A stretch of DNA of 64,000 nucleotides from assembly GCA_001179505.1 (NCBI GenBank), contig CDMY01000217.1, positions 100,152-164,151 of the forward strand, written 5' to 3'. A model generated the notes under the pieces. It saw only the letters and a list, made by a program, of their open reading frames with translations. It did not search any database and was not told where the DNA came from. The DNA is from Vitrella brassicaformis CCMP3155. Its lineage: Eukaryota; Protista; Chromerida. Shown here piece after piece: positions 47,917 to 61,520 of the stretch (within the stretch, counting starts at the first letter, position 1; each line of letters begins with the position of its first letter). The position numbers and the translations under genes were made by a program.

Positions 47917-49434
47917 GATGGAGGGATGCGCTTGACGAGCGGGTCGGATTTGTTGTTCGAGTGGGTGGATGGATGGATGGATGGCTGGTCGTCAAGTAGA
48001 CGGGAGGGAGGATAGATCTGTCGACTTGACTTCCGTGAGAAGGCACTATGTCTGTGGGGGCAAAGGCTCAGCTCAGCTGTCTCTTCATGTCTGTGCCATC
48101 AATGACAGAGTCACCCTGACATGTGATACGTACATGGACATCAATCGACGCAGATCGGTGAAATGAGCCATCCATCAGTGCAAATCGGTGACAGTTTCAC
48201 TGCATGCCGTGTCTTGTCACTGTCTTGTCCTTCGGAAGCTTAGTGAGTGGAGGGCAGGGAGGGAATCCGGGAGGGAGGGAGAGAGGGGGGTATTTCTGGT
48301 TGGTTAGGTAGGTGTAGCGCCAAATGCAAGGTGGACAGCGAGACGGAATGACCCGAGCCATCTGTCTGAACGGAATGACTGACAGGCTGACTGCCTGGCT
48401 GACGTACCGTGTGTCATGGTGTGCTGCGGTGTGCTGTGGCTGGTGTGTGGCGGATGGAGCTCTCATGACATGACAATTGTGTGTCGAGATGGATGTGCGT
48501 CGTGTCATGGCCCTGGTGCGGTTGATGGACTGACTGACCTCTGCCTCGTCCGTCCAGGCTCGGCGATTACACAAAAACGCGTCCGCTGCACTCAGTATAA
48601 ATCGCAGTCAGTCCACTCGATCACACGAACACAACACAACACACAGATCACCCCCTACGAACATACAACGCCTCAGTGGGATCTTGCCCCCCGCCGCTAT
48701 GCAAGTGCGCTACACAGAACTGCCGCGTCAGCCATCCATCCATCCATCCATCCACACAGACACGCATAGGAATTGACCTAGGCACTTCACCCGACAGCCA
48801 TCTGCACAACCAATTGATTAATTAACACGCAGACAGACACCCCATGGAAACGTGCAAAGATGAACATGGTGCCATGCAAAGGACGGAGCTACCGGCTCAC
48901 AGACAGGTGTGGAATGTCTGTCTGTCTGTCTGTCTCTCTGTGCTCTCAAGGGGACAGAGAGAAGAGAAGAGCATTAATAGGTGTGTGGATGAGTGTGGAC
49001 TGACGATGGGGTGTGAAAACCGGCCATGGACACCTAAAATGTGGGGAAGAGAGATACAGAGGGCAGCCAGAGGGACGACGGCCACACACACACACACACA
49101 CACTCATGGATGTTATGTACAGGTGAGCACGTGTGTGTGTATATGGGTCTGTGGCTGGGGAGATGGCTGTCGGCAAAATCGCCGCTACGCCCCACCTGTG
49201 TATATCTGTGTGGGCGGCACATAAGAGAGGGACAGAAAAGAGACGAGAGCGAGAGTAAGTCAGCCGGCCAGGAGACACAGATCACCGAGTTCCCTCCCTC
49301 TTTTCCTCCCTCTATGAACACACACAGTCGAGCCGCCGTTTCAGCCGACTGACTCTCACATGCCATCCATGCCCCCCACGCAATTGTCGTGCGATTCTCT
49401 CTGTACACCACACGCCGCGTGGCTTGTGTGTGCT

Positions 49435-49530
49435 GTGTGCAGACGATGGGAGCCGTAGAGATAGAGAGACGTAGAGACCGGTGAGTCTCTATCTCTATCT
49501 CTATCTCTGCGGCTCCCATCCTCTGCACAC
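49435..49530. other. ~96-nt long inverted repeat (hairpin)
   Basis: gtgtgcagacgatgggagccgtagagatagagagacgtagagac / cggtga / gtctctatctctatctctatctctgcggctcccatcctctgcacac. Confidence 0.85.
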
Positions 49531-49765
49531 AAAGAACACACAGAAAGGCCTTCTCGGGCGCCAGGAACTGTTTCTCTCACTCAATGCTGTCTGTCTGTGT
49601 TTGCGCTCTGAGTCTGTCTGTCTGTCTGTCTGTTTGGGCGCCGAGGGCATCGGCACCTACTGCCCTCTCACTTCAATGAACTTGAACCTAACGACACACA
49701 ACCAGAGCCCTCGGACTGCACCACCCCCATCCCATCAATCCACCACGGTGGCTCGCTGCACCTAC

Positions 49766-50129
49766 CCGTTGCGCAGGTGTTGCTTCAGCACTCTCTTGCA
49801 CGCATCAGCATGAAGCAGCTTCCAGTCGTTGGTATCCATCGGGAATGTGTTGCCGCTCTTGGGGGCGATGAGTGTGTCGTCGAGGTCGAGCCCAAACACC
49901 TTGTCCGATCCCGTCGAGCCATAGTCCCTCCAGTAGACGCTATCATCTCGCTGCTCAACCAAGCGGCACACACACAGACAGACACACACCAAGAACCGCG
50001 GGATAGATGGTCCATGTTGTTTGGCGCGTGTCTGCGCGTCCGTCCTACCGAGCGCCATTCTGTGCTGGGCTTGCTCTTCTTGGCAGCAGGGCGGCCGTCA
50101 GGACCCTGATCTAGACAACGCCTGCTCAT
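49766..50129 (-). CDS. Polynucleotide kinase 3'-phosphatase (PNKP-like HAD) N-terminal part; downstream exons not recoverable
   Basis: MSRRCLDQGPDGRPAAKKSKPSTEWRS | RDDSVYWRDYG..KVFGLDLDDTLIAPKSGNTFPMDTNDWKLL..LKQHLRNG matches the PNKP DxDxTLI-x-KSG-x2-F-x4-DWK motif. The following TNQ and RKP motifs were not found. Confidence 0.6.
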
Positions 50130-50229
50130 GCTCGGCAAACAACGGTCTGCCGCTCGGAGAAAGAACAGACAGATTGCCTCCGTGCGTGGCAGAAGTCATC
50201 GCTCGCTCACCTTCTGGCCGTGCCGATGG

Positions 50230-53200
50230 ATCTGATGCGCTTGAGGGAACACGGCTGTGCTGCAAACCAACGAGATCTCGTCCAGAAGGTAGTTAGAGGT
50301 CCGCTGAGTCAGGGGCGCGTGAAACCATGCCGGGGAACCACTCCCCGGCCCAGCTTCATCCACTTCCCCCGCCCGGTGCCGTGCTGTCGCATTCCTGGGC
50401 GGAGAGAAGAGAAAGGGTGAGCCCCGCGCACAGAGGGAGGAGTTGCGAGCTGGGATGATGGAGATGGATAGGAGAAGGGAACTGCCTCATTCCAAGCCCA
50501 TTCTCGATGACTGAAGGCGGCACAGGGCCGTGGGAAGGATGTTGCGGCCCTGAGGATGGTGCGCGCAAATGGCATACACGACTGAGGAGCTACGCAGCAC
50601 CGCAGAGCTCGGCAGATAGGGCTCATCGGCGCACTCGTGCTGCAGCGTCGTAAGGTGGTCTTGCGGACCAACGAAAACCGTCATCACATGAAAGGTATGC
50701 AAACAAACAATATGGCAGAGAGTCCCTGCGTCGCTGCTCCATGATCTCTCTCATGCGTGAATGTTGCATCGTGTTTGCAGCGCCACTCGGGAGTCGCTGA
50801 TCGAAGGCCTGCTCGCCAACGAGCCTCTGCTCACGGCCCTGCTCAGCCAAAGCCATGCCATCCCAAAGCAGGCCGAGCGCCCCATCGAGAGGCTCATCCA
50901 CGCCCTCCTGTGTAGCCCGTCGTCTATCGGCCGCCTGAAGGCCCTCCTCATTCGCAAGCTGCAGGCGCCGGCACCACCATCGGCGGCCCTCTTCCCGCTC
51001 AGCCGTGAGGTGCGTCGACAGCGGTGCCTGCAGCTGCTGGCATGGCTCGAGAGGGGCACATCGAAGGACGCTTGTGATGGTGGCCATGGTGGCCATCGTT
51101 CTGATGAACCATCACCGGTCGTGCAGCAGCATCAGCAGGCTAGGGATGGTGATGATAGCACTGGTTTGGTGGAGGATGGCGACTCGATGGAGGGCGGGGA
51201 TGGCTGTGCAGTTGTCGCCGATCGAGACGGAGAAGATGCAAGGGCAGCGTACAGCAAACAGGTAGGTGGGTCATTCGTTGATCAAACAGACAATGAATGT
51301 CTGGCCGTACACGTGTGAGTGAATGTGTGTGTGCGTGGTCCAGTTGTCGTTCAGCTCGTGGAGAGGCTCATCCTGCAGAAGGAAAGGTGGAAGCACGCAC
51401 CCACCAGTCAGCCAATCGCCCAACCAGGGTGTCGACTCTTGTCTCTTGGCTCTTGTCCACCTGCTATGGATGCTTGCAGACAGAGGGAGGCAGCTCTCCA
51501 CCTCATACAAAGGTCCACAAGACACACACAGACGACGACAGACAGACCCTTACGCCACATGTGCGTGTATGCTTCTCTCCCTCTCCGTCTGTCTGTCTGG
51601 CCATAGACGTCAGCACCGGCTGCTCCGCACCGCTCTGCAAAGGCTGAGACCACACACAGATGGTGCCCACAACACACCAGGTGAGTAACTGAGGACAGAA
51701 CGACAGAAAATCTACCGGGATGAGGTGTTGGGTTGTTGTACTGTCAGATGGTGCTGCATCTGGCGGTGGCCGTGAGGGCGATCGTTGCGATAGTGTTGGT
51801 CGGCAGCATCAGCATCCAAGCTGCAGCACCAGGCTTTGGGTGTGTGGGACCGGCACACCGTCGCCAGGTCGCTGGTGCGCAAGAACATGCTGCTGGCAGC
51901 CAAGTGAGCACTCTCTCTCCCTCGCACCAACCAAGGCACGCCCCGCTTTTCGCCCTCATTGCGTCTTGTCTTGATTGTGGTGCAGCTATGCGGCACTGCG
52001 TGCGTGCGAAAAGGCAATAGGCAAGTGGCGACACTATGCTGGTACGGAGGAGGAGACAGGAGCGGAACAACAGCCCATATGGTCGCTGTGTGCGTGGGGG
52101 GGGTGGATGGACGGACGGACGGACGGACGAATGCAATGCAGAGCAGCAGTGGCGTTGGCATCAGATCGATCGCATGACCTCCTCTTTCTCCCACGAGCGG
52201 GCACTAGATCGCTCCATGGCGAGGTGGAAGGCCTACTGCTCCGGGCGGAGGCGACACGCCGCTGGCTGTGGGCTCGCCAACAGCCACTATAGGTGCGCTG
52301 CCATGCCTGTCATGGGTCATCGTCGCGTGTCTGCATTGCATGTGTGTGGGGTTGTCGTTGGTGTGTGCTGTGCAGCAACAGACTGATGAAGCGTGCGTTT
52401 CGAAGCCTTGTCCGCTACACGAGTAAGTGCACACTGCACCTGTCCGTCCAGCAATCGAATGATTTGCCGTGTCATATGGACACCCAGGGGTGCGGCGGAT
52501 CAAGAACAGGCGGAACGCATTCGCCTTCTCCCGCTGGAAGGTATGCCGGCAGGCAGGCAGACCCGCAGACAGGAAGACTGACAAACCACAAGTCCATTGC
52601 TCGATGACTCCAGTGTGTTCTTCCCTCTGCGCCCCTTCAGCGGTGTCTGTTGTCGCGGACGGTGGCCTCGTGGCACGCCGCGGCCCTGCTATCGGTAGCC
52701 AAAGTGAGAGTCATGGCCGACACACTCACAGGTAGACCACCAAACACACAAACAAACAAACAGCACGGGCATCTCCGTGATCGTGATACGATGCCTTGTT
52801 TCCTTCTTTGGGATCAGCTGTGTATTGGCACTGCGTGGAGTCGGCCTTCGATCGGCTGGCACTGGCCAGACCCAAGCCACCCCCACCCCCACTCCATGAG
52901 CATGTCGGGAAGCCCCCGCTGCCCCCCATGAGGCTGCCACTGCACCTGGTCAACAGGTCATCCCGCCCCCAGGAGATGAGTGCCCGTGGACTGGATGAGG
53001 AGCGGCCGAGGAGATGGGAGTCGCAGCTGAGGGGGCGGGGCAGTGCCGTGACGACCCCACGCGAGAGGGGATGCTCCACCTTGCCAGCTGAACCAAGGTG
53101 AGCAGACATGAAATCCAATGATCGAGTGGTGCATTGTGGGTGCTCGGTTTGTCCCTTGTTCCGTTGCCGCTTGCAGAGGTCTGTCATGGCGCAGGCTGGC

Positions 53201-53603
53201 GAAGGACGCCAGGGACTCGTCTCGGTCGATACCGACCCCCCGCTGCAACCCGCCGTCTCCCAAATCTCCCACTCCATCTGCCCCTCCCCCCCTCTCGTAT
53301 CGGCCACCCTCATCCCGCCCCCCAGCACACAGGAGAAGACCGCCCCTGCCCCCACCACCCCCAGCCCGGCCACACGAGCCTCCCCACATAGCGCCGTCGA
53401 CCGAGACGTTGCGGCGGCTGAATGAGTTTCTCAAGGGCGTTCACAGGAAATGTGAAGAGATCATTGATCAAGGTGGAGGTGATGTGGCGGCGAATGAGGA
53501 GAGGTCGGCGTATGCATCGTTTGTGCGTGAGCTGCGAGTGAGGAAGGGGAGGGCACAGATGAGGAAGCAAGGGAGGGTGGGCGGCGGGCGGAGGATGCCG
53601 TGA
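50230..53603 (+). CDS. One or more multi-exon hypothetical proteins (helical, Pro-rich)
   Basis: Protein-like exons bounded by AG/GT at ~50780-51260 (ATRESLIEGLLANEPLL..), 51356-51384, 51748-51902, 52817-53097 and 53177-53603 (..TETLRRLNEFLKGVHRKCEEII..). Gene boundaries unresolved. Confidence 0.4.
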
Positions 53604-54003
53604 GCGAGTGGTGACTGACTGGTGTCTGAGGGGTCTGCCTTGCCTGTTGTGTTGTGGTGTGGTGTGAGTTGTGTGGGGTGAATGTGTATGTGCATACAGA
53701 CAGGCGCATGCCAGGAGTTGGCTGGCATGGTTCGTATATACAATTCTGGGAGAACTGGGAGAAAAGAATAGGAAGGATGGGTTGGTTGCACACGGGAGGG
53801 GAGCGGCCCACCCAAACCTGGCCGCAAACGCGCAAATGTCAAAAGTTTCCCCCAGAGAGCTTGTTGCTTGTCGAGGGCAAAGGAGAAAGGGTGATGGGCC
53901 TCGTCCGTCGTTTGTGCGGTGAATCCGAGTCGACATGTCAAGAAAGCTCGCAGTCTCCCCCAAAGGCCCACAGGTTTCCCCTTCAAGAAGCAAGAGAAAC
54001 ACG

Positions 54004-57000
54004 ATGATGAAGAACCTTGTGAAGAAGCCCTCTATGGGATTCGGGGGTGTTCCGCCAGAGGACCAGGCAAGCAATGACTGATAGCTGTCACACTGCCAGT
54101 CATTCACTCATTCACTCATTTTGTTGTCTTCGCTCCCCCTGCACTGACGCAGGAGCACGACAGCGATGACGAGCAGCAGCTGGGTGCCTTCTTGCCGCCC
54201 AGCGCTCATTACCAGCTCCACCAGGGAGAACAACAGGAGTTAGAGGAGCGACGCGCCCTCGCCCTTCGCCAGGAGCAGGAAAAGGCGTCACAAGAGGTGA
54301 GTGAGTGTGAGTGCAGCACAGCAGAGCAGACTTGCACGACATACACGAGAGAGAGTCGGGCAGGGCAGCAATCCAGCTAGGCCAGGCAGCCCGCAGTTGT
54401 GACTGAGTGAGGCAGGTAAGATCAGTGCATGTGGTGCGGTGCGGTGCGTGAATGAATGCAGGAGGCAGCGAGGATGAAGGACCGACAGGAGGCGACAGAG
54501 AAGCAGCTCAGGGCAGCACGGTACGGTCAGGCAACCACCTGGCAGCCGATAGAGAACCCACACAGTCACTCCACTCACTCATTCCATGTCTACCTCGTTG
54601 TGTGTGTCACCAGGTTGCACGAGCGGCATCTCAAGAGCAAGATCAGCCGCCAGGCTGAGGATATCCTCGACAAGACGACGGAGATAGACGAGCTACGCAA
54701 ACGCGCCAACAAGAGAACAAGGTACCCAGCCCAGCCCCTCCCCCCCTCCCCCCCCGCCAACCCCACGCCAATCACCTGTTGCCTGTGTGTGTGCGCCTGT
54801 GGCCCACCTGCTGGTTTGGTGGCTTCAGCGATGATACGAGGCCGGGGCGGTTGGCAGGCGTTTTGATGGCCTCACCACACCGCCTGCAGCCACTCAGCGG
54901 TACGCATCGCGCTCTCACCGATTCTGTCACCTTTTATCTGACTGTCTGTGTGTTGGTCAATCAGATAGCCGGCACCGCCAGATGGACGACGTCAATGACA
55001 AGGAAGATTTCGAGGACGTAGGCACGGCACTCCACGGCAGGGCGCACACACACTTCCACTCTTACCGGCGTGTACGGTCAGGTGCATTTTCTCCCCCACC
55101 CTGTGCACCACAACCGCCACCAGCGGAGCCCCTCGCTGCCCCCGCCAGCCCTTCCCAAACTCAACCTCAAAGAGGTCCACGAGGTAGGCACACAGACCGG
55201 CACTCGTCCTCACATCCACACAGTCGTCAGTGTGTGTGTGTGTGTGTTGTGGTCTCAGGAACGTGATCGCAACTACCCGCCAGACCAAGTGGCAGCAGCC
55301 GCAGCCGCAGCGCCCGGTGTTGACGCTGCAGGCAAGGGAGGCAGCAGCAGTGCCAGCAGTGCGAGTGACGATGACGAGTGGTGCCGCGATATGGCCGCAG
55401 TGGCAGCCCCCACCACACACAAACGGCAGGACACGGACAGACAGGTGCGCGCCACACTGTGACGCACACACAGAACTGAGGGAAAGATATCGACTGCACC
55501 TCTCTCTCTCTCTCTCTGTGGGTATGTGTGGTGTGTTGTCTGCAGGAGAGCGATGACGATGATTTCGACGCAGACAACCGCCTCATGGGCGAGAGCACGG
55601 CGCGGTACTACATGAGGAAGTACGACGACGTCAAGAACCGATACGATGCCATCAAAGACATGTACCACCACCAAGAGAAGACGATAGCGGAGCTGAGGTC
55701 GCACCTTGCAGCTGCGGGTGATAACAAGGTCAGTGAGAGACTGAGTGAGGAACACATGTGTGTATAGGCGCACAAATGCACATCGGCGTGATGTGTTGTG
55801 CTGTGCTGTGTTGTGTGTAGACCAAGCTGCTGGCTGACAAGGATGCGGCGGCTGCCAAGGCGGCCGATGAGTGGTTCAAAATGGAGCACGTCCTCCGCAC
55901 CACCATCGGCAAACAGCAGCGGGAGCTGGTCAGTGAGGGCCTACGTGTCCTCCACCAACAGAGGCCCACTGATGAAGGGTGTCTGATTGTGTGTCTGTAT
56001 GCAGGACATGGTCAATGCAAAACTCCAGGAAGCCGAGAGAACCAAGGCCACTGATGCGGTTAGTCAGCACAGCCACACACCATCCAATCCAGTCACGGGC
56101 TCTCCTCCTCACTCCACTGATGTCAGGTACAGGAGCCGTCTGCTGGGGATCGCGTCGCCAAGGATCAGTACGACGAGTTGCAGGCCCGGCTGGACGAGCT
56201 TCAGGAGAAATACAGCCAGCTGATGGAAGAGGCGGTGAGGTAGCCACACAGAAGCACCCTTCCAATATTGGCACACTGATGCCTGTGGGGTCTTGTGTGT
56301 CATGGCTGCCTGCCTCACCCAGGAGCGTCTCAAGAAGGTCGCCGCCGCCAATGTGGACAAATTGGCTGTGGCTGGTGGGGAGACCGACGTGCCCACAGGT
56401 GAGGAGGGGAGGGAGGAGGTGGGCGACACGCACACGCACACCACACCGACAGAGAGACAGAGACAGATGTTCATTCCCTATGTGTGTGTGGGGGTGTGTG
56501 TGTGCATCTGTGTAGACGGTGATTTGGCGCGTCTTTTGTCCGGTTGCGATTTGCCGCCCGAGGTGACGGCCGCCGTCCACAGAGTTGACCAAACACTCGA
56601 CGGAGAAGTGGTGAGATGGGGCGGGGCGTGGGCATACACACCACGAACTCACATCACCCTACAGTCGTCACACGGTCATTGTGGGGTGTGTTCCTCGTGT
56701 TGCCATTCCATCCATCCATCAGGTACGTGCGGACCGTTTGGCTCGCGAGGCCACGAGCCTGCGCAAGATGGCCGAGCAGAAGGAAGAAGTCAACGTGTAA
56801 GCTGACATCACAGCAAGCCAGATCACACATAACAACCTCTTCCACGCGCTCTTTGTGTTGTCTGGTGTGGTGTGTCGGTGTGCAGCACCGACGAGGCCAG
56901 GCAGGAGGCAATTCGCCACAGCCACGACGATGAACAGGACCGAAGGCTGCAGCAGGTGAGTCCGTCCGTCATATGCCGAGAAGACCACTTTCGTCACTTT

Positions 57001-59065
57001 CACTCTCCCCCTCCCTCCGTCCCCTATGTGTGTGTAGATTGCAAAGCTGCAGAGGGAGAGGGACGGTCTGCAGCGGGAGAAGGAACGGCTCGAACGTACG
57101 GAAGAGTACACAATGGACAATCGACGGATGGCATTCTGCCCACACACATTGTGTGTATCTGATGCGCGCACCGCACGGATGGATGGATGCAGAGGACAAG
57201 GCACAGTTGGTGAGTGTCCTTCGGGCGTACCAACAGCACCTCAAGGCTGCTGGCGGTGTCCCAGTGGCAGGGGCTGCCCGACTGCTCAGCCACAAATCGC
57301 AGATCCAGGTACGGTACGGTACGGTACGTGGGGCAGACAGACAGATATCATAAACACACGAGACACTCACTCACCCACCCATATGTGGGCGTGTATGGGT
57401 GCCCTCGGTGTTTCTGCATCCATCCACCAGGGCCGTGCCATGCGTGGGGGCGCCAGCAGAGGCGAAGGCCGGTGGCCATCGGCTGGCGTATCGCATTTTA
57501 CTAACGGCAGGAGACAGCAGCAGGTGTGCAGGCAGAACTCACAAACATACACAAACAAAGACAGACCCCCGATCTCCCTGCCTGTCTGTGTGTATGTGTG
57601 TCTGTGTGTCTGTGTGTGTATGTCAGACACATTCGACTAGTGGTGGCCGCGGTGCGAGCATTGGGGCGGTCAAACTGGGGCACAAGGCCCCCCCTGCTGC
57701 TGCCATCTCCACTGGCCCTGGCGCCAGGGTGGCCTCACATGCAGACGTCGTCGGCGTCGACGGCCGCATCGCCACGCCCCCCACAGACGTCAGGGTACAC
57801 GCCAGGAAACAGCGATCGGACACAGCTAGTGCAGGTGGTCGGCGAAAGTGGCCCTCGCCACCCCAGACGGCCAATGGTCCACCTGGTGGTGTTGAGAGAA
57901 GTCATGGCGGCGAGACTGCCGCAATGATCGGACCAGGGGTCGGCATCCGCACAGGAGGTGAGAGAGAGAGAGAGAGAGAGAGGGAGGGGGAGGGAGAGGG
58001 AGGAGGACCAACACGCGGTATGACACATATTCGTGTGTGTGTCACTCGTTGATTGATGTGTGCAGGCGGCAGCGGTGACCCTTTTGCTGCCCTGGCCGGC
58101 ATGATAGGGGCATCCGGCACCAAAGCCCCCCGCCCCTTCACCGCCCTAACAGCATCGGACGCCCCCAAGACACTCGCAGTCACACAAGACCACCGTCAGA
58201 AGACCGCCCCAGCGCTCAAGAAAGCCGAGCAGCCGAGGCTGTCGATTGTCATGACCCGCATCGCTAACGAGCCGCCCTCATTTGACGTGGCCAAGACGCG
58301 CCTGCCGGTGGTGGGGGAGGGAGTGGTCGATACATCCGAGCGGCACACACCCAAGCAAGAAGAGCAGCCTGATGACCACCTGAAGAGCGCCCCGATGGTC
58401 AAGAAAGCCGAGCGGCCGAAGCTGTCTATTGTCATGACCCGCATCGCCAACGAGCCGCCCTCATTTGACGTGGCCAAGACGCGCCTGCCAGTGGTGGGAG
58501 AGGGAGTGGGCATCGACATAGAGGCCGACAGGGTGGGGGCTCGGCTGTGGAATGGCAAGGGCATCCCGCCTGTCGTCCACCACTCGTTTGCCGAGCACCA
58601 CAGGCACCACCCCAAGTGCGGCCCGCTGACGCCCGCCAACGCACTCATTCTCAAGCTGCAACAGGCCCAGACTCAAGGGAAAGCGGACACCAACAAACGT
58701 AAGCACGCAATCGCAGCTAGAGGGAAAAACGCGGTATCGATGGATCCCATCTGTCTCTGTGGGTGTTGTGTGTGACAGGTGCTGTTGGTGTGATCATGAG
58801 CGGCCAGCCGCTGTCGCCGCCCCTTCTCCATGCCAAAGCCCATGCCGCATCGGCCACCATGCCGCGGCGCATCCCCGATCTCCGCCTCCCCGCCACCATC
58901 TCGGCACAGTCCCGTCAGCATGGCCATCGCCAGCAGCAGCAGCGATACATCCAACCACCCTTGCCGGAGCCGCCCCCTGCCATGGCCTTTGCACCTCCGC
59001 CGCCCTATGCGACGATCGGCCAGCCCTTGTTCTATGCGCTGCGCCACACCCACCTCACATCATGA
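54004..59065 (+). CDS. Large coiled-coil hypothetical protein, more than 20 exons
   Basis: MMKNLVKKPSMGFGG..; EQQELEERRALALRQEQEKASQE; KSKISRQAEDILDKTTEIDELRKR; KYDDVKNRYDAIKDMYHHQEKTIAELR; QYDELQARLDELQEKYSQLMEEA; IAKLQRERDGLQREKERLER. Low-complexity tail, stop at 59063-59065. Confidence 0.7.
58218..58509 (+). repeat. Intragenic direct repeat, ~110-nt unit with 183-nt period
   Basis: KKAE[QR]P[RK]LSIVMTRIANEPPSFDVAKTRLPVVGEGV starts at both 58218 and 58401. Confidence 0.9.
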
Positions 59066-59802
59066 TGATGGCCACTCACAAGGGAAGCCCCACCGGTCGG
59101 TGAGTCGAGTCAAGTGGAGACCTCTAGGCGGCTGTAGGGTAGGCTGGCAGGGCCTGGGTAGGAGAGGACGCTGGCGGCTGTGATGAGTGGCGATTTATGG
59201 CGGTCGGTTGTTGTGTTGTGTTGATATGATACGTGAATGGCTGGTTGTGCGTATGTGGACCGCATGGATACGTTGATCGTGCATGGGCTGCATGACATGA
59301 CGTTGTCCTTCGCCTGAGAGACTGAGAACGTTAGATCAAGATCGTATCGTCGCATTAATCCCTCCCTGTGTGTGAGAGGACCACTGGTGGCCGACACTTT
59401 GACATCTGTATACGTACAGCCATTTATGTATACGGACCATGCCAACCAACTCATTATTGCCCTGTGTCTGTCCGAATGCATGGGTGGGTGTCACTGATCA
59501 TTATTGTGTGTGTATGAGTGTGTGAGTGTGTGGATGGACACACGGGTTACGGTTGAATGAGACAGAGGGACATCTTGATACCACGGGAATCAACACCAGC
59601 GTGAGAAATGTGAAACGCAGACATCCACACACGTGTAGCTATGCAGCAGGGTCAAGAGAGAGACGACGAGAGGCTATGTACACCGCACAAGGACCTGTAA
59701 ACACACACACACACACAGAAGGCCGAGTGTTTCTCTAGGCAGACACAGCACAGCACACCAAACAGCAGCACCACCACATGGCGAAACACACACACACACC
59801 CA

Positions 59803-59839
<37 letters not shown>

Positions 59840-61029
59840 NNNNNNNNNNNNNNNNNNNNNNNNNNNNNNNNNNNNNNNNNNNNNNNNNNNNNNNNNNNNN
59901 NNNNNNNNNNNNNNNNNNNNNNNNNNNNNNNNNNNNNNNNNNNNNNNNNNNNNNNNNNNNNNNNNNNNNNNNNNNNNNNNNNNNNNNNNNNNNNNNNNNN
60001 NNNNNNNNNNNNNNNNNNNNNNNNNNNNNNNNNNNNNNNNNNNNNNNNNNNNNNNNNNNNNNNNNNNNNNNNNNNNNNNNNNNNNNNNNNNNNNNNNNNN
60101 NNNNNNNNNNNNNNNNNNNNNNNNNNNNNNNNNNNNNNNCCCCCCCCCCCCCCTCCGCCCTCCGTCTGTCTCATCGCTCTATCAGCTACAGATATCCTCT
60201 TCTCTGTGTCGTCGCCAGTCGAGCAGCGGGTGCGCCCATCCGTCCCTTTGACCGACTGTCGGGAACTTGTCCCCTGCCCAAATCTGCGGTGTCGTCAGTG
60301 CAGGCAGGCTGGCCGCACTGACAATCCTGCAGATTTCGCCATGCAACAGGTTCCTGACATTCGTCGTCAGATGAACTGAGCAAATATGGGACACCTCCTC
60401 CACCCCGGAGAGCCCTTCCCTTGCTTCCCCCTGGCTGCGTCTCTCTCAGCTAGCTGTGTGTGTGACACCCTCATTCTACACGCTCAGGCTACCAGGCAGC
60501 TGTTGCAGGGAGACTCGGGCGGGCATGTCCCGCTGGAGCAACCGGCGCGGTGCGGTACCACCAGTGCAGGCAGTAAGCTGCGCTGACGAGACCAGACCGA
60601 GCTCAACCAGACAGGTCCACACAAGCACCACACCACACGCACAGCATGGGATGGATGGACTGAGTGAGCGGAAAGAAAACAAGACTCTCCTCCTCCTCTT
60701 TATCTCTCAGCTACGGTTCGTTATCCTTCCTCTGGCTGGACCGAGACATAGATAGAGCACCCGTGGGGCGCGGCGCGAGGGGTCGTATGCGTGGTAGACT
60801 CTCTCAGCTAGCTATGATATCTCTCTCGGCGCTGGTCTACGATGCGTGGGGGATACAGACAGACAGACAGACAGACACAAGGCGGATGTGGCGTGGCTCG
60901 GTGCGGCTCCTGCAACAAACACAGCACACACACACACATACACACACCATAGCAGCATGACCTGAGGTGAACATCCAGGGTAGCTCATCGGGCGCCTTAC
61001 ATACCTGGATGGGATGCATCGTTGAGGTT

Positions 61030-61104
61030 TCAGCGGCTCTCATCCCATATGATGCGATAACGCCCCGTGGCCACGCGCTCCATGTTGATCAGAAAACTAC
61101 ATCA

Positions 61105-61141
<37 letters not shown>

Positions 61142-61485
61142 CATCTCCACTCGCCACACACACACACACCCCCGCCCCCCACCACCGTGTGAGTCCCTCA
61201 CCCTCACCCGGGCTCGCCGTCGTGTATGTCAGGTGCCAGCAGACTGCCGCCCAGTGGGTCAGGATCACTGCAGTGCTCGAGTGTCTTGACGAAGTCCTTG
61301 ATGGTGATGCCCTTCGACTGCAAACAAAACATCAGATCAACACGTGTCACCACAGATGTGTGTCGTGTGATGCCCACTGACAGGGTCTGAGGCCTTGATG
61401 GGGCACGCCAGCACACAACTCAGCCCGCCGAGAGGCGAGTACTTGCTCCGGTTCACAGGCTTCTCGAAGTCCTTCACACTCGTAC

Positions 61486-61520
<35 letters not shown>

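Noticed and set aside
59806-60155. Poly-Pro/poly-Gly protein or functional G-quadruplex
   Set aside because: The poly-C runs flank a placeholder gap, typical of sequencing dropout. The ORFs consist of X and homopolymer translation.
61030-61032. Selenocysteine or readthrough at the TGA of the 61-62 kb gene
   Set aside because: No redox motif context and no SECIS identified. The downstream exon-like pieces (60180-61000) could not be joined into a coherent frame.
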